From Eledone cirrhosa (lineage: Eukaryota): a DNA stretch of 64,000 bases. Location: positions 31,248,001-31,312,000 of the forward strand of contig OZ024753.1 of NCBI GenBank assembly GCA_964016885.1, given 5' to 3'. Below the pieces are notes generated by a model. The model was not told the origin of the DNA. It was given only the letters and a program-made list of their open reading frames with translations, and made no database searches. The translations under genes were made by a program, and so were the position numbers. Position 1 is the stretch's first letter; each line of letters begins with the position of its first letter. Of this stretch, positions 1 to 12,776 are shown in pieces.

Positions 1-559
1 AACATGGGCGAAATAATGAGCCTGTCTTAAATATGAAACCATTCCATGTCACATACTGAACTAGGCATAATTTAAGACGTACTAATATATTTATCAAAGA
101 AAATCATTTAAAGTAGACATTTTACTCACAGCAACACTGAAGCCACTATATTTGGGGGAAGCTAATTATAGTTGATTATATTTGCATAAGACTTTAGTGT
201 TCGGCACCCCAAATAACCAATTATATAGAAACGCTGAACAAGTGTTAATATATTAGGGACTTTATCCTCAATATTCATTATATGTTTATTAAAACTCTTC
301 CCTTGGCTAGAGAAAGATAACAAAACTCCAATAGCAATTATTAGCGACTTTCAAAATAAAGGGGGAAATAATTGTTTCTACTTTAGGCACAAGGCCAGCA
401 ATTACCCAGTGCATTACTGGAAATAATGTTAGCAAACTGCAGAGCGATTTCTTAAGTTAATTTACATGATCATGGAGAAAAGCGCCAGGTGTTTGTTTGG
501 AAGGAAACGAAAACGATGGAAATAATTCGGTCTATTTGACAATAGAATTTATTGAAATT

Positions 560-1000
560 CTTCTCTTATTCGAAGAAAGAAAGACAAACAAGAACTGAGC
601 AGCAAAATTTAGTGACACACAAAGATAAAAGGGAACAATTTGGATAAATTATATTTGTTTGCAAGGAAAGACATCTGACGAAATATTCCGACTCATTTGT
701 TTTCATTTTCATAGTACAGTTGAACCAAACATGCAAATCAGTAGATAGATTTTTGTTGCATAAATTACATAGTTGCAAATATGTTTTGTCCAAACAAACT
801 TAGATTATTAAACAATTGTTCGCGCACTTGATAACACACTCCATGCCAATACGAATTAAGGGAAATAGTTTCTAATGATATTACCTTCTCAGTGGAGTTC
901 ATTAATAAGTGCATGGATCAAATACTGAAATGTTGTTTATATAATCTATTCAGTGGAAGAAAGGCAGCGCATTCGAGATTGATTTGGAAACATGGGTTTG
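560..1000 (+). pseudogene. possible highly decayed DNA-transposon (hAT-like) coding remnant
   Basis: Only short translated patches (CLQGKTS, ELREIVSND) reminiscent of hAT transposase C-terminal regions; many stops. Confidence 0.2.
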
Positions 1001-1049
1001 ATTTTATGTTGTAAACATTAACAATAGCATTAACAAATTATACTGGTAT

Positions 1050-1340
1050 AATAATTGTTTCTACCTTTGGCACAAGGCCAGCAATTATCCAGTGCATTAC
1101 TGGTACTCTATTTTATCGACCCCCGTGAGGATGAAAGGCAATGATTTCTACTATAGGTACAATGCCAGCCATTTTGGGGTAGAGGAAAGTCGATTAAATC
1201 GACCCCCAGTGCGTTACTAGTACTTCATTTTATCGAACTAGTAAGAATGAGGTAATCTAACCTCGGCAGGATTTTAACTCAGAACGTAAAGGGTCGTAAC
1301 TCTATGCCACGAAGCATGGTGTCCAACGCTCTACTGGTAT
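1050..1340 (-). mobile_element. tRNA-derived SINE, two adjacent copies (one partial); a 3' fragment also at ~368-425
   Basis: Reverse complement of the unit at 21635-21822 (TTTTATCGACCCC..GGATGAAAGG, AACCTCGGC, ACAAGGCCAGCAATTA). Confidence 0.8.
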
Positions 1341-2559
1341 AATAATAGCCATTGTGCTGTACCATTGACAGCCAGCGAACTTTGGAATTATAATTCACCA
1401 ATGCATCTTCTTAAGATCAATCTTCTAGTTTTTTTTATTAAAAAAGAAGTAATTTGCTATGCATTGTAATATGAAAATTAATTAAAAAGTCAACATTAAT
1501 GTAAAAAGAAAAAGAGAATAGCAAAGATGAGACAAAAACAATAGCAGCCCCATCCCCAAATAAAACAAATCACACTAGAACATAATATGTAACAGATTTG
1601 AGATGAAATGTAACATAATTTCATTACTGAATAATTAACAAAACTTGCAATAAATTCTGATTTTCATACTTGTTAATCACTGCATTCTAAATGAAGCAAA
1701 CGATAAATAAGCCAATAATGAAATAATTAAGCTGCCATTAAAACTGCAAGCCCCAACAACAGAACCTGTGATAAATCGCACCTTACTGTCTTTAAAAAAG
1801 GTCATATTGAATAACAACATTTGGGGTGCAATATTACCGAAAGAAACAAATAATAAATGGTTATGTTGTTGATATTACGTGTCCTTAAATGATATAGCTC
1901 TAGCCAATTTGATAGGGTCTGCGAAGCTCATGTTCGCTCCTTCTATCCTAGATCTAGCTAACGAATTAAAGCTTTTACGTTTTACTACTTACATGTTCTT
2001 TATACGTAATGCGAAGCCAGAAAACCCATTAGTCCAATGTCTATATTGTTTTAAAAATCAGATTAATTGATTTTATTGGAGTTATCTCCCTACTTCTAAT
2101 TTGTTCTTCTTTTTAAATCAATAACACTCTGGTAAATGCGTTTTGTGTTTAGGTATATACTGATTTTTTCGTTAGATGTAACGATCAGAAGAAATAACAA
2201 TCTTTTCTTTTTTGTTACTGTTTATGAAATCTTGCTAATCCGAAACACAACATTAATATTAATTACTTTCTAATTTTAATTCTCAGATTATTTTGAAATT
2301 AGGATTTGAGCATTCTCAAATTATTCTATTTTTCGTCCAAATTTACGCTAACATATTAATGACCATTATCATAATCATTACTATAACTTCCATCTTCATT
2401 ATCGTCATCCTCATATTAATTATGTTTGGAGTTCAAGTGCTACTTGAGTCAATTTTTTCCTGTCGTTCTCTTGAGTCTCGATAAAATAAAATATAAGTCA
2501 AGTACTCAGATCGACACCAACATTAAATAGTTTCGACTTAGTACCAGTAATCCGAACAC

Positions 2560-2745
2560 AAATACTGGGGCATTCGTATAGAAAGATCAGGGCAACAAGA
2601 AGCTGACCAAATATTCATACTGCGGTAGGTCTTTGAAAAATCATGGGAATATTGCTTGCTTCGTAGACATCAAAACATGCATATAACCACGTTCCACGGG
2701 ACCCTTTGTGGAAGATTCTGCAGGAATATTGGATCGATAGATAGT
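2560..2745 (+). pseudogene. RTE-clade LINE reverse transcriptase fragment
   Basis: Manual translation with frameshifts: DQIFILR*VFEKSWEY..CFVDIK.AYNHVPRDPLWKILQEY, matching the RTE RT pattern DQIFxLRQxxEK..FVDxxKAYDxVPR..LW. Confidence 0.7.
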
Positions 2746-3329
2746 AAAACAACTTCTGAATGAGACAAGTTTTAATTCTTTATATGGATTGTTTGGGTTT
2801 TAATCATTTGAAATTATTATATCGCAACGCTTGGAAAACTGCCTCGTATATATGTGTGAGTATGTATAAATTCAGTTATACATACACACACATATATACA
2901 CACATACATATTTACACATACATATATACACACACAGATATACGCAGACACATTTATATATATATAAACAATAACACATTACAGATATATATAAATTATT
3001 TATCTATTCCAGATATAATAAACTCGTACTGTTGATTTACAGAAAGATGACCTTTTCTTTTATCTCATTCTACAAAATTTATGATAACACGGAGTTCTAC
3101 AGACAGTAGATAAGGTCTCAGATATTTCCTTACACACTATGTGAGGCTTAACTTTTGAACCAATTCTAATAAATATTTGATTTAATATTTTCAAGTATAA
3201 ACTGTGTTGATCTTAATAAAGAGTTAGTTTCGTTCAGCAGTGAGAGTCCTCTGGTCGAGATATAAGCCAGAGATAACAGGATGTATCCGAACATGGAAGA
3301 GCCGAACTCCCACCGTCATCACCCCCCAC

Positions 3330-3612
3330 CTATCTCGCCCTCCCCATCTCTCTGTATAGTGAGAAAATGGGGTCCCACGTGCTGGCCACCCCACAGCCCC
3401 TGCAGACAGAATGGAGAAGGCGTTTCCCCGGAGGATGGTAAGGGAGATGCGCTGGACGAGTCATTCCATCTCGCGAGGTTCACACCTGCGCCTGGCCAGC
3501 TCAGCACACATGGTGGTGAGTAGGGCGGCAGCCCTATGGCCGAGGACACCAGACGTCTCCACTGCTAGGGACACAACCGCAAACCTGTCGGAGAGCGACC
3601 GGTACTTGGTCT
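3330..3612 (-). pseudogene. CRE-like non-LTR retrotransposon 3' fragment (restriction-like endonuclease C-terminus)
   Basis: Manual translation KYRSLSDRFAVVSLAVETSGVLGHRAAALL...E*LVQRISLTILRGNAFSILSAG fits the KY..L..F.P.A.ET.G..G / QR.S....RGNA signature; GC-rich island. Confidence 0.7.
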
Positions 3613-5789
3613 AGCCACGGGTCTATTCGCACCCATTTGTATACATGCGTTCATACGCGCGCGTGTGAGTATGCGAGCGATTTAATCACCAAAGTCTCGC
3701 TTCACTGAGTTATCTCCGTTAGTGATTTTTGAAACATTTTTCTTTCCATACCATTTTCTTATTCAACATTCTCTACAAAGTGAATCAAGGGAAACAGGAA
3801 ACAGAAACCCAGTCTTCGACCATGTTTGAATATCTCCCTTCCCTTATTTTATCACAAACTACCATCTGATCTCATATTTTGTACCTTGTAATGATTATTT
3901 GATTTTTATCACCTACATGCCTACTTTAATCATAGGAAATTTAACTGCCGTCTATTTATATATTCTTTAAATATCTTACTGCATATAAATTTTTAATTAT
4001 ATTTCCTTTTGATGTACCTGATTGTAGTTTTAACATTTCTTTCAAATATACGTATCCTTTGTTATATATGCCATGCTACCGTGTTAAATATCCCATATCC
4101 TATATATTAACATATATATCAAAATATATATTAGAATATCTTATTATATTCTTAAACGAACTTTCTAATATACCCTCTCTAATGTATCAATATATTCAGA
4201 TATAACCTTTCTTTTATGTCGTATTTCCTTATGTATTTTTTCTTATATATCCTAGAGCGTTATCTCCATATATATTTTATCTTATCTTATATATTGTTAT
4301 ATATCCTGATATCTAACGATATCTTCTTATATATATTATTGTATTATTATGTATCCTTTTTGTACATGCATTATTATATATTCTTTCCATATATCCTATT
4401 AACATATGTATCTTCATGATTTGCAGCATACTATGATAAAAACACAATCTATTCTAGAATACATTGCCGACAACAATACTACATGAAAATGAAACACCCA
4501 ATAACATGAAGTGTGTAATGTAATTTCACTTATCGTATGTTCTCTCCCGAGTCGCATTTTTGTAGAACATTAGATTATGAGAAAAATTCGATTCTTAATA
4601 TCCTCGCCCACTTATGTTTCTTTTACCGCATACGAATTAGGTATAGTCTACTGAACTTGTTCAATGGAAGTATTTGCTAAGATATTTAGGAAAAAGCTAT
4701 TTTCATTTCATTTAATGAATGCTACATCTCATTTACAATCAATCTACTTGGGAAAATAAAGTTAGAAAACGAATGCTTAGTTCTAATACCTATCAGGAAT
4801 ATCGAATTATAAGGTGTGAAAGTATTCAAAGCTAATAACAGTTCGTTTAAACTTATTTTTAAAAGTGAAATACCTGAATAATTAACCGTCACACATTGTC
4901 TTCTCTTTACACATTAAACATTTATATCACCTTTTATTCCATTACTGGTTTCGGTCATAAGACTGTGACTATGTTGGGGTACCGCCATGGAGGGTTTTTA
5001 TTAGATTACTTCGACTCATTAATTATTGGTTTGTAAGTCAGGTCTTTATTTATCGAACTGCTAGTTTACTCACAAACTAACAGAAAAAGTATACATATAT
5101 AAAAGAGTATTGAAGTTTGCTTGAAGCATTGTGGAATAATAGGTAAATATCTTTAAGTCGTTTGGAAGCCTCGACAATGCAAATGGGTAAATCACCGGGT
5201 AACAAGATCCGGTGGTGGAGAGAGAGAGAGATGTAAGTGGGTGTACGTTGAGATGCGTGGTGTGTATTAGATGTGTAGAGGAATGAAGGAAAGAGTATAA
5301 AGGATAAAATAAAAATAACAACACGAGAGAGAGTTACCTTGGGAGAGATTTAATTGTCCCTATATATTTCGGATTCACATCCATCAACTATGATTTTTTT
5401 CCGGGGTGGGGTAAAGGTTGTCTCTCGGAAAGGTGCGAAACGCGTCCTCCGCTGTTTGTTGTTTTGAATATCTGAGGTATTCAGCAGAGCGCGCGTGCGC
5501 GTGAAATGGGGTCGGTCGGGCAGAGGTCAGCGGCCGAATGTGGGAGTGGGGTGGCGCTAGCTGTCAGTCCATTCTCTGCCTGTTTGTTAAATGTTACTGT
5601 GTGTGTGTGTGCGTGTGTTGTTGTCTCGCTTTAGTGTGTGTGTGTGTGTTGTTGCCTTGTTCTTCTGTATTGGCAGTGTAGTATGTTCGTATGGTGGAAT
5701 GCTACTGTGTGTGCGTGTGCGTGTGTAGTTGTCTCGTTTGTGTGTGTGCGTGTGTTGCTGCCTCGTTTGTTAACTTAAACCAGTCACCT

Positions 5790-8260
5790 CATTTCGCTTC
5801 TCTCGGATCGATTGTTTATTTGCGGTGCCAGGCGTTTGATAAAAGCGCTTCCTTGATACGTAACGTGCCGACGTTTCTTTCAGTCGCTAGAATTGTGACA
5901 ATGGGCCTTCCGTCTTAGTTTCCGTATTTGTCTATGTGTTTCCGGAAAGACGAGGCCCTGGTTTTAGTGTGTTCCTTGATCCGGATGTGCAAAGGCCGGA
6001 TTGTGCTACCTATATAGTATTGGTTGCACCTGTCACATTCTATCTTATACACGACGTATGTGCGTAGGCAACAGTTCGCATAGCGTATCGGGCAGTCTCT
6101 GAGGGAGCACGCGTCAGTAGATTTCCCGGGTTTCCTAGAGAGGCATCTTCGCAGGGAGGGGCCGAGTGGGCCAGGTGGATTTCGAGGCCTCCCTCCGTAA
6201 AGCCTTGCGGATAGCGTTGGTGGTATTCTCGCCCAGGTGTGGCATTTTAAGGAAGCACTAGCCTTGGGTGCCTCTCTGTCTCTTGCGTCTGGTGTCTCCT
6301 ACTCTGTCTGTGAGCGAGGTAGGGTACCCGTTCGTCTCCAGCACCTCGAGGAATCGCTTGGTATGAGTGACACCACTCGCGGGATCGCTGCATCTGTTTT
6401 TGATTTGCGCGATCTCGTTCGTGATGTATCTTCTTTTGGCACTGTTAGGGAGGGCGAACTTGTAGTGAACGAACAGGTCCCTGCAGGCTGCCTTTCGGTA
6501 GAAGTTGCAGTGGATCCTTCCCTGTTCTGTGATGTTGATTCGGAAGTCGAGGAGGGCAAGTGACCCGTCTTCGTTGGGGTGTTCAACACTGAAGTCAATG
6601 TTTTTCGTCCGTGTTGTTGAAGGTCTCATAGATTCTGTTCGCCGTGTCTTGGGAAGATGTGAGGATGAGGATATCGTTCACGTACCTTGAGAAAAAGGCG
6701 ACGGCGTTGGGGTGGCAGGCGTTGAGTGCCTTGTGCTCGAAGTTGTCCATGTAAGAGATCGCTAGCACACCCGACAGGCTTGATCCGATGGGCAATCCCG
6801 AGGTTTGTTGGTATGTTTGGTCAAGGAATCCGAAGTAGGTGTTGTCGACGAGGATGGATAGGAGTTGGTGGATGTCAGTGGTGGTGAGCCCGAAGCAGTG
6901 TAGGTCGGGGGATTGGACGCGTTCCATCAGTATATTGACGGTCGGGAGTGCCGGGACCGAGGTGTAGAGAGCGACTACATCAAGGCTGAAGGCATATCTG
7001 TTATTCCTTCTGGTGTCGGGATCCATTTGATGCAGGCGCTTCAACACCTCCTCGGAGCTGTTAACGTGTCCCGGCAAGGTGTCTAAGATGGGTTTGAGTA
7101 TTCTGGCTAGGAGCTATGAAATTTTGTAGAGCGGTCCCTCCACGCTCGATACAATGGGCCTGATCTTCAGGTCGGGTCCCTGTTTGTGTGTTTTCACGAG
7201 GTGGTAGAAGGCGGGTAGTCTGCTGTTCCTCGTGAGGAGGTTGTATCTCAGCTTCTTCGGGAGCTTCCGCCGATGGCAGATGTTGGTCCAGGCGGCGTTG
7301 ATGTGCTCTTCTATCTGCGCGGGAGTGATTCCCGTGACCTTGGAGTAGAGGTTGTCATCGTCAAGATGTTGGAGGGCCAGGGTGTTGTAGGCCTCTCTGC
7401 TGATGACGCAGAATTCTTTCCCCTTGTCGGAGGGGAGATAGACGAGATTCTTCGATTTTAGGTTGGAGAGAGTGGTGAGTTGAGATTTGGTGAGGTTATG
7501 TGTTGTGTGTGTGTGTTTGTGAAGTATATCCGAGATGGAGTGTTTTAGCCTGATGAGTTTAGTGTCGAGTTCGTGGTTGGTGAGTGGGGGGTGGAGTGGG
7601 TTGTCGGGGTGGTAAGTGGGGAACTTGGGGTGGGTTGCGTGGGCGCTGTTATTTTCTGTGGCGCTGTTGATGGTGGTCACCCATTTAAGTTGGTAAGCGA
7701 CTCGACAAAAGTTGGTCTCGATGTTGAGTTTGAGTCTGTCGTCGAGACATTGTGAGACGATGAACTTGGGTCCGAGGTGTAGGAGTTTCAGCTCGTCGCT
7801 CGTGAGAGTGCCGGTTGTTAAATTGTTGTTTTCCACGTGGTTCTGGTCCGTCTGTTCGTTAGTGACGATGTTCTCGTTGTGGCGTTTCGACAAGATCCAC
7901 TCATATTTTCGCTTGAGCCGTTTTTTTTCGTATTGGACTCTGGAGTGGTAGCACTGGTCGATTGCTTTAGTGATTTTCAGGAGCAAGGCCCCGGGTGCTA
8001 TTGACAGTCGATGTGTCCGCTCTGAGAGTGTCCGCTTATGGACGTGTAATTGGCGGTTGAGATGTCTCAGGATCTGTTTAATACACGTGCGATGTATGCG
8101 GTTAGTGGTGTTTTGGAAAGCTGGTGTACGTAGGCTTACTGGTAAGCGGATGTTCCTGATGGTGTTGGGGATGACATCGTTTTTTAGGCAGCGTTTCAGG
8201 AAATTAATTTGACAGCCAGCATTGGCCCATTTCTCCGACAGTCTAAACAGTCCCCTGTTA
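5790..8260 (-). pseudogene. Penelope-like element, near full-length decayed ORF (N-terminus, RT, GIY-YIG endonuclease)
   Basis: INFLKRCLKNDVIP; SDKG; KTHK..KIRPIVS; SLDVVALYTSVP; QTSGLPIGSSLS; RYVND; FYRK; NGYP; manually read VVYKIECDRCNQYYIGSTIRPLHIRIKEH..KEA at ~5800-6060; broken by TAG stops (7114, 6258) and frameshifts. Confidence 0.92.
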
Positions 8261-8299
8261 GTTATGTAATATAGTTAGTTACAGGTAATATAGTTTGTT

Positions 8300-8425
8300 A
8301 CAGGCGGTAAATTGGCAGAGCCATTAGGACGTCAGATATTCGTTCGATTTAGCTTCGTTCTTAGTTCAAATCCCGTCGGTGTCAACTTTAGCTTTCATCC
8401 TTCCGAGGTCGATAAAAATAATATC
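8300..8425 (+). mobile_element. tRNA-derived SINE (5' part)
   Basis: A-box-like TGGCAGAGCCATTAG, B-box GTTCAAATCCC, then CTTTCATCCTTCCGAGGTCGATAAAATAA. Confidence 0.75.
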
Positions 8426-8969
8426 AATCCATTACTGGATCCGATTTCCCTCTATCTATATCTCTCACCCTCTCTGTTTAATCTGGAAGAAATCAGCCGT
8501 ATTCAAAACTCAAGAGAAGAAGGTTTAAACAAAATACCCAAGAAACGCAGCAGATTTCCGACTTCACCAGAAATTAGAGGTTAAAAGGAAATAAGTAGTT
8601 GGAAAATATAAAATAATCCATTGGGATTTTTCTAGTTATATCACCTTCACCTGTTTACTTAATCTAAAACACAAACAAAAAATGTAGATAGATAGTATAA
8701 AATTTGAAAAAATGAAGATAATGCTGTAATGAGATTTATACATACATATCATTACGTGGGCGAGTGCACTCACACATACAGGGGCGTACACACACATACA
8801 AGATCTAAGATACATGCATATATACTATTGTTAAATATAGACATAGTATTTGAAGTATAATATATGTAGTATAGTACAATAATAATTATAATAGGAAATT
8901 ACATCACGTAATACTATACACAAACGCACCTACACACATATACGTATATATATATATATATATATATAT

Positions 8970-9402
8970 GTAGGAGGTGAGTTTTATTGTAGTACAATAA
9001 AGCAATGCAGATATCGGATAAGAAGCACTCTACAGTTTGTGGGACTGGAGTATGCATAATATAAGATCAAAAGATGGTTAAAGGAGTTCAATATATTTTA
9101 TTATGCGCATTTCAAAACAAACATCATCAAACAATAATATTTGTGTTTTCATCAGATAAAACAGGAGAACATGATATGAAGGCTAAAAAAACACTTGTTG
9201 ATAGTGCAGTTTTAAATCAACATATCCATGTTATATTAAAACTGTTGATTTAAAACTGCACTATCAACAAGTGTTTTTTTAGCCTTCATATCATGTTCTC
9301 CTGTTTTATCTGATGAAAACACAAATATTATTGTTTGATGATGTTTGTTTTTGAAATGCGCATAATAAAATATATTGAACTCCTTTAACCATCTTTTGAT
9401 CT

Positions 9403-9410
<8 letters not shown>
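8970..9410. mobile_element. Family A PLE pseudo-LTR fold-back pair (arms ~9056-9222 and ~9244-9410; extra tail 8970-9055 on one arm)
   Basis: ~165-bp near-perfect inverted repeat flanked by (TA)n; same unit at 9974-10135, 12777-12905, 14684-14850, 46733-46960. Confidence 0.85.
9304..9370 (+). ncRNA. type I hammerhead ribozyme, family A (other copies: 9096-9161 -, 10032-10098 +, 14744-14810 + with GAAA>CAAA, 46767-46833 -)
   Basis: TTTTAT|CTGATGA|AAACACAAATATTATT-GTTT-GATGATGTTTGTTTTT|GAAA|TGCGCA|TA|ATAAAA: stem I, core, stem II hairpin, palindromic stem III, AUA cleavage triplet. Confidence 0.85.
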
Positions 9411-9464
<54 letters not shown>

Positions 9465-9600
9465 GTATATACATATGTATATACATATATATACATATGT
9501 ATATAAATATGTATATATATATATATACATATGTATATATATATATATATATGTATATATATACATATATATACACATATGTATATATATATATATATAC

Positions 9601-9638
<38 letters not shown>

Positions 9639-9831
9639 GTATATATGTATATATATATACATATGTATATATATATATATATATATACATATGTATATAT
9701 ATATATATATACATATGTATATATGTATATATATATATATACATATGTATATATATATATACATACATATGTATATATATATATATACATATGTATGTAT
9801 ATATGTATATATATATATATACATATGTATG

Positions 9832-9862
<31 letters not shown>

Positions 9863-9894
9863 GTATGTATATATATATATATTTATATATATAC

Positions 9895-9942
<48 letters not shown>

Positions 9943-10285
9943 GTAGATATATATATATATATATACATATATGTTGATTTAAAACTGAACTATCCACAAG
10001 TGTTTTTTAACCTTCATATCACGTCTTCCTGTTTTATCTGATGAAAACACAAATATTATTGTATGATGATATTTGTTTTTGAAATGCGCTTAATAAAATA
10101 CATGGAACTCTTTTAACCATCTTTTGTTCTTTTATATTATATATATACATATGTATATATATATATATATACATATGTATATATATATATATACATATGT
10201 ATATATATATATATATATACATATGTATATATATATATATATGTATATATATAAATATGTACATATATATATATATACACACATA

Positions 10286-10319
<34 letters not shown>

Positions 10320-10506
10320 CACGCATATGTATATATATATATATACATATATATATATACACACATATATATATATATATATACACACATATGTATATAT
10401 ATATATATATATACATACATATATATATATATATACACACATATTTATGTATATATATATATATACATATATATATACACACATATGTATATACATATGT
10501 ATATAT

Positions 10507-10782
10507 ATTGTTATACTTTGGGAGGGTCATGTTGCCAATAAGAAACACACGCACCAGATGGTTCACCTCAATTTATTATAATAAATTTATAAATTTAGGA
10601 ATTTATAAACTTCTGGTTGGTTGGTTGGTCCACAACCAGATAGTTGTTTATATATTGTCAAGGTTCTTTCGTCACACATTATGTGACCTCTTTAGTGACT
10701 GTGGATTCTTTTCTATGTTTTTGTGCCTCTCTTTTGTGCCTCTCCTTTTTTCTGTCCTACGCCATTTTGTTTCTGTGTATAT
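10507..10782 (-). mobile_element. Family B PLE pseudo-LTR (hammerhead at 10657-10699, core mutated to CTAAAGA)
   Basis: Near-identical to 11477-11740 and 15113-15550; in (TA)n. Confidence 0.8.
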
Positions 10783-10896
10783 CTATATATATATAGATAC
10801 ACATATCTTTATATATATATATATATATATAAAGATATGTGTATCTATATATATATAGATATATACATATGTATATATATATATATATATATATAC

Positions 10897-10943
<47 letters not shown>

Positions 10944-11032
10944 TATGTATATATATCCGTATGTGGTTGACATATGTATATATATATACATATGTATATA
11001 TATATACATATGTATATATATATATACATATG

Positions 11033-11080
<48 letters not shown>

Positions 11081-11151
11081 GTATATATAAATATATACAT
11101 ATATATATATATATATATACACACATATGTATATATATATACATACATATA

Positions 11152-11290
11152 GGAACAAGTAAGACACCGACGGCTGAGTTCAAGCCGTTTTGACGGCTAA
11201 TTCTCTACTGAATCCACTCTACTACCCTAAGTATTGAGTACTTTGGTGCGTTATGGTCCACCTGGTCCCTTACCACATCTCCTTCGTTAT
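11152..11290. mobile_element. Family D short unit, internally inverted relative to the copy at 36746-36908
   Basis: 11152-11205 is the reverse complement of ~36772-36823; 11214-11290 is direct to 36831-36908. Confidence 0.75.
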
Positions 11291-11321
11291 ATATACATAT
11301 ATATATATATATACACACATA

Positions 11322-11363
<42 letters not shown>

Positions 11364-11476
11364 CACACATATGTATACATATATATATACATATATATAT
11401 ATACACACACATATGTATATATATATATACATATATATATAGAAAAACACACATATGTATATACATATCTATATAT

Positions 11477-11740
11477 ATTGTTATACTTTGGGAGGGTCAT
11501 GTTGCCAATAAAAACACACGCACCAGATGCGTTCACTTCAATTTATTATAATAAATTTATAAATTTAGGAATTTATAAATTTCTGGTTGGTTGGTTGGTT
11601 CCACAACCAGATAGTTGTTTATATATTGTCAAGGTTCTTTCGTCACACATTATGTGACCTCTTCAGTGACTGGGGATTCTTTTCTTTGTTTTTGTGCCTC
11701 TCCTTTGTTCTGTCCTACGCCATTTTGTTTCTGTGTATAT
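11477..11740 (-). mobile_element. Family B PLE pseudo-LTR with hammerhead at 11628-11670
   Basis: Minus strand GTCA CTGAAGA G GTCACATAATGTGTGAC GAAAGAACCT TGAC. Confidence 0.8.
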
Positions 11741-11785
11741 CTATATATATATACACACATATCTTTATATATATATATATATATA

Positions 11786-11866
<81 letters not shown>

Positions 11867-11952
11867 TATGTATATATATCCGTATGTGGTTGACGGGTGA
11901 GAGGAATGTAGCATTTAAATATACATGTTATTAAGGCTAAATACTGACTCTT

Positions 11953-11995
11953 TTTACTCTGGAGATTCGCCTGCTTATTACAGGGTCATCAAACT
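11953..11995 (-). ncRNA. decayed hammerhead-like motif in island 11881-12058
   Basis: Minus strand TTGATGA C CCTG-TAATAAG-CAGG C GAAT CTC-CA-GAG TA; two core substitutions. Confidence 0.4.
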
Positions 11996-12084
11996 GATAA
12001 ACAGACGAAACACCACAGTAATAAGTCTTGAATTACTATTATATTTATCCTTAAGAAAATGAATATATATATATATATATATGA

Positions 12085-12165
<81 letters not shown>

Positions 12166-12381
12166 CATATATATGTATATATATGTGTATATATATATAT
12201 GTTCATATATATGTATATATATGTGTATATATATATATGTTCATATATATGTATATATATGTGTATATATATATATATTCATAAATATATATTCATATAT
12301 ATATTCATATATATGTTCATATATATATAAATATAAATATATTCATATATATGTTTATATATATATATCTATATCTATTTC

Positions 12382-12416
<35 letters not shown>

Positions 12417-12423
12417 TATATAT

Positions 12424-12511
<88 letters not shown>

Positions 12512-12696
12512 TTATAAATATTCATATATATATATATATATATATATATACTTATAAATATTCATATATATGTTTATATATATATATATATATATATATA
12601 AATATTCATATATATATATATATAAATATTCATATATATGTTCATATATATATATATATTCATATATATGTTCATAGATATATATATATGTATATA

Positions 12697-12740
<44 letters not shown>

Positions 12741-12776
12741 TATATATATTCATATATATATATATATATATATATG

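Larger units (their letters stand above)
9410..12776. repeat. (TA)n arrays with CATATG/TTCA interruptions, punctuated by pLTR islands
   Basis: Direct reading. Confidence 0.95.

Noticed and set aside
5790-8260. Selenocysteine or readthrough recoding in the PLE ORFs
   Set aside because: In-frame stops read here are TAG/TAA alongside frameshifts; the 38146-41311 element has ordinary Cys codons and no in-frame TGA
11994-12020. Plus-strand CTGATAA..GAAAC..GTA hammerhead look-alike
   Set aside because: No stem II or stem I pairing; the minus-strand fold is better
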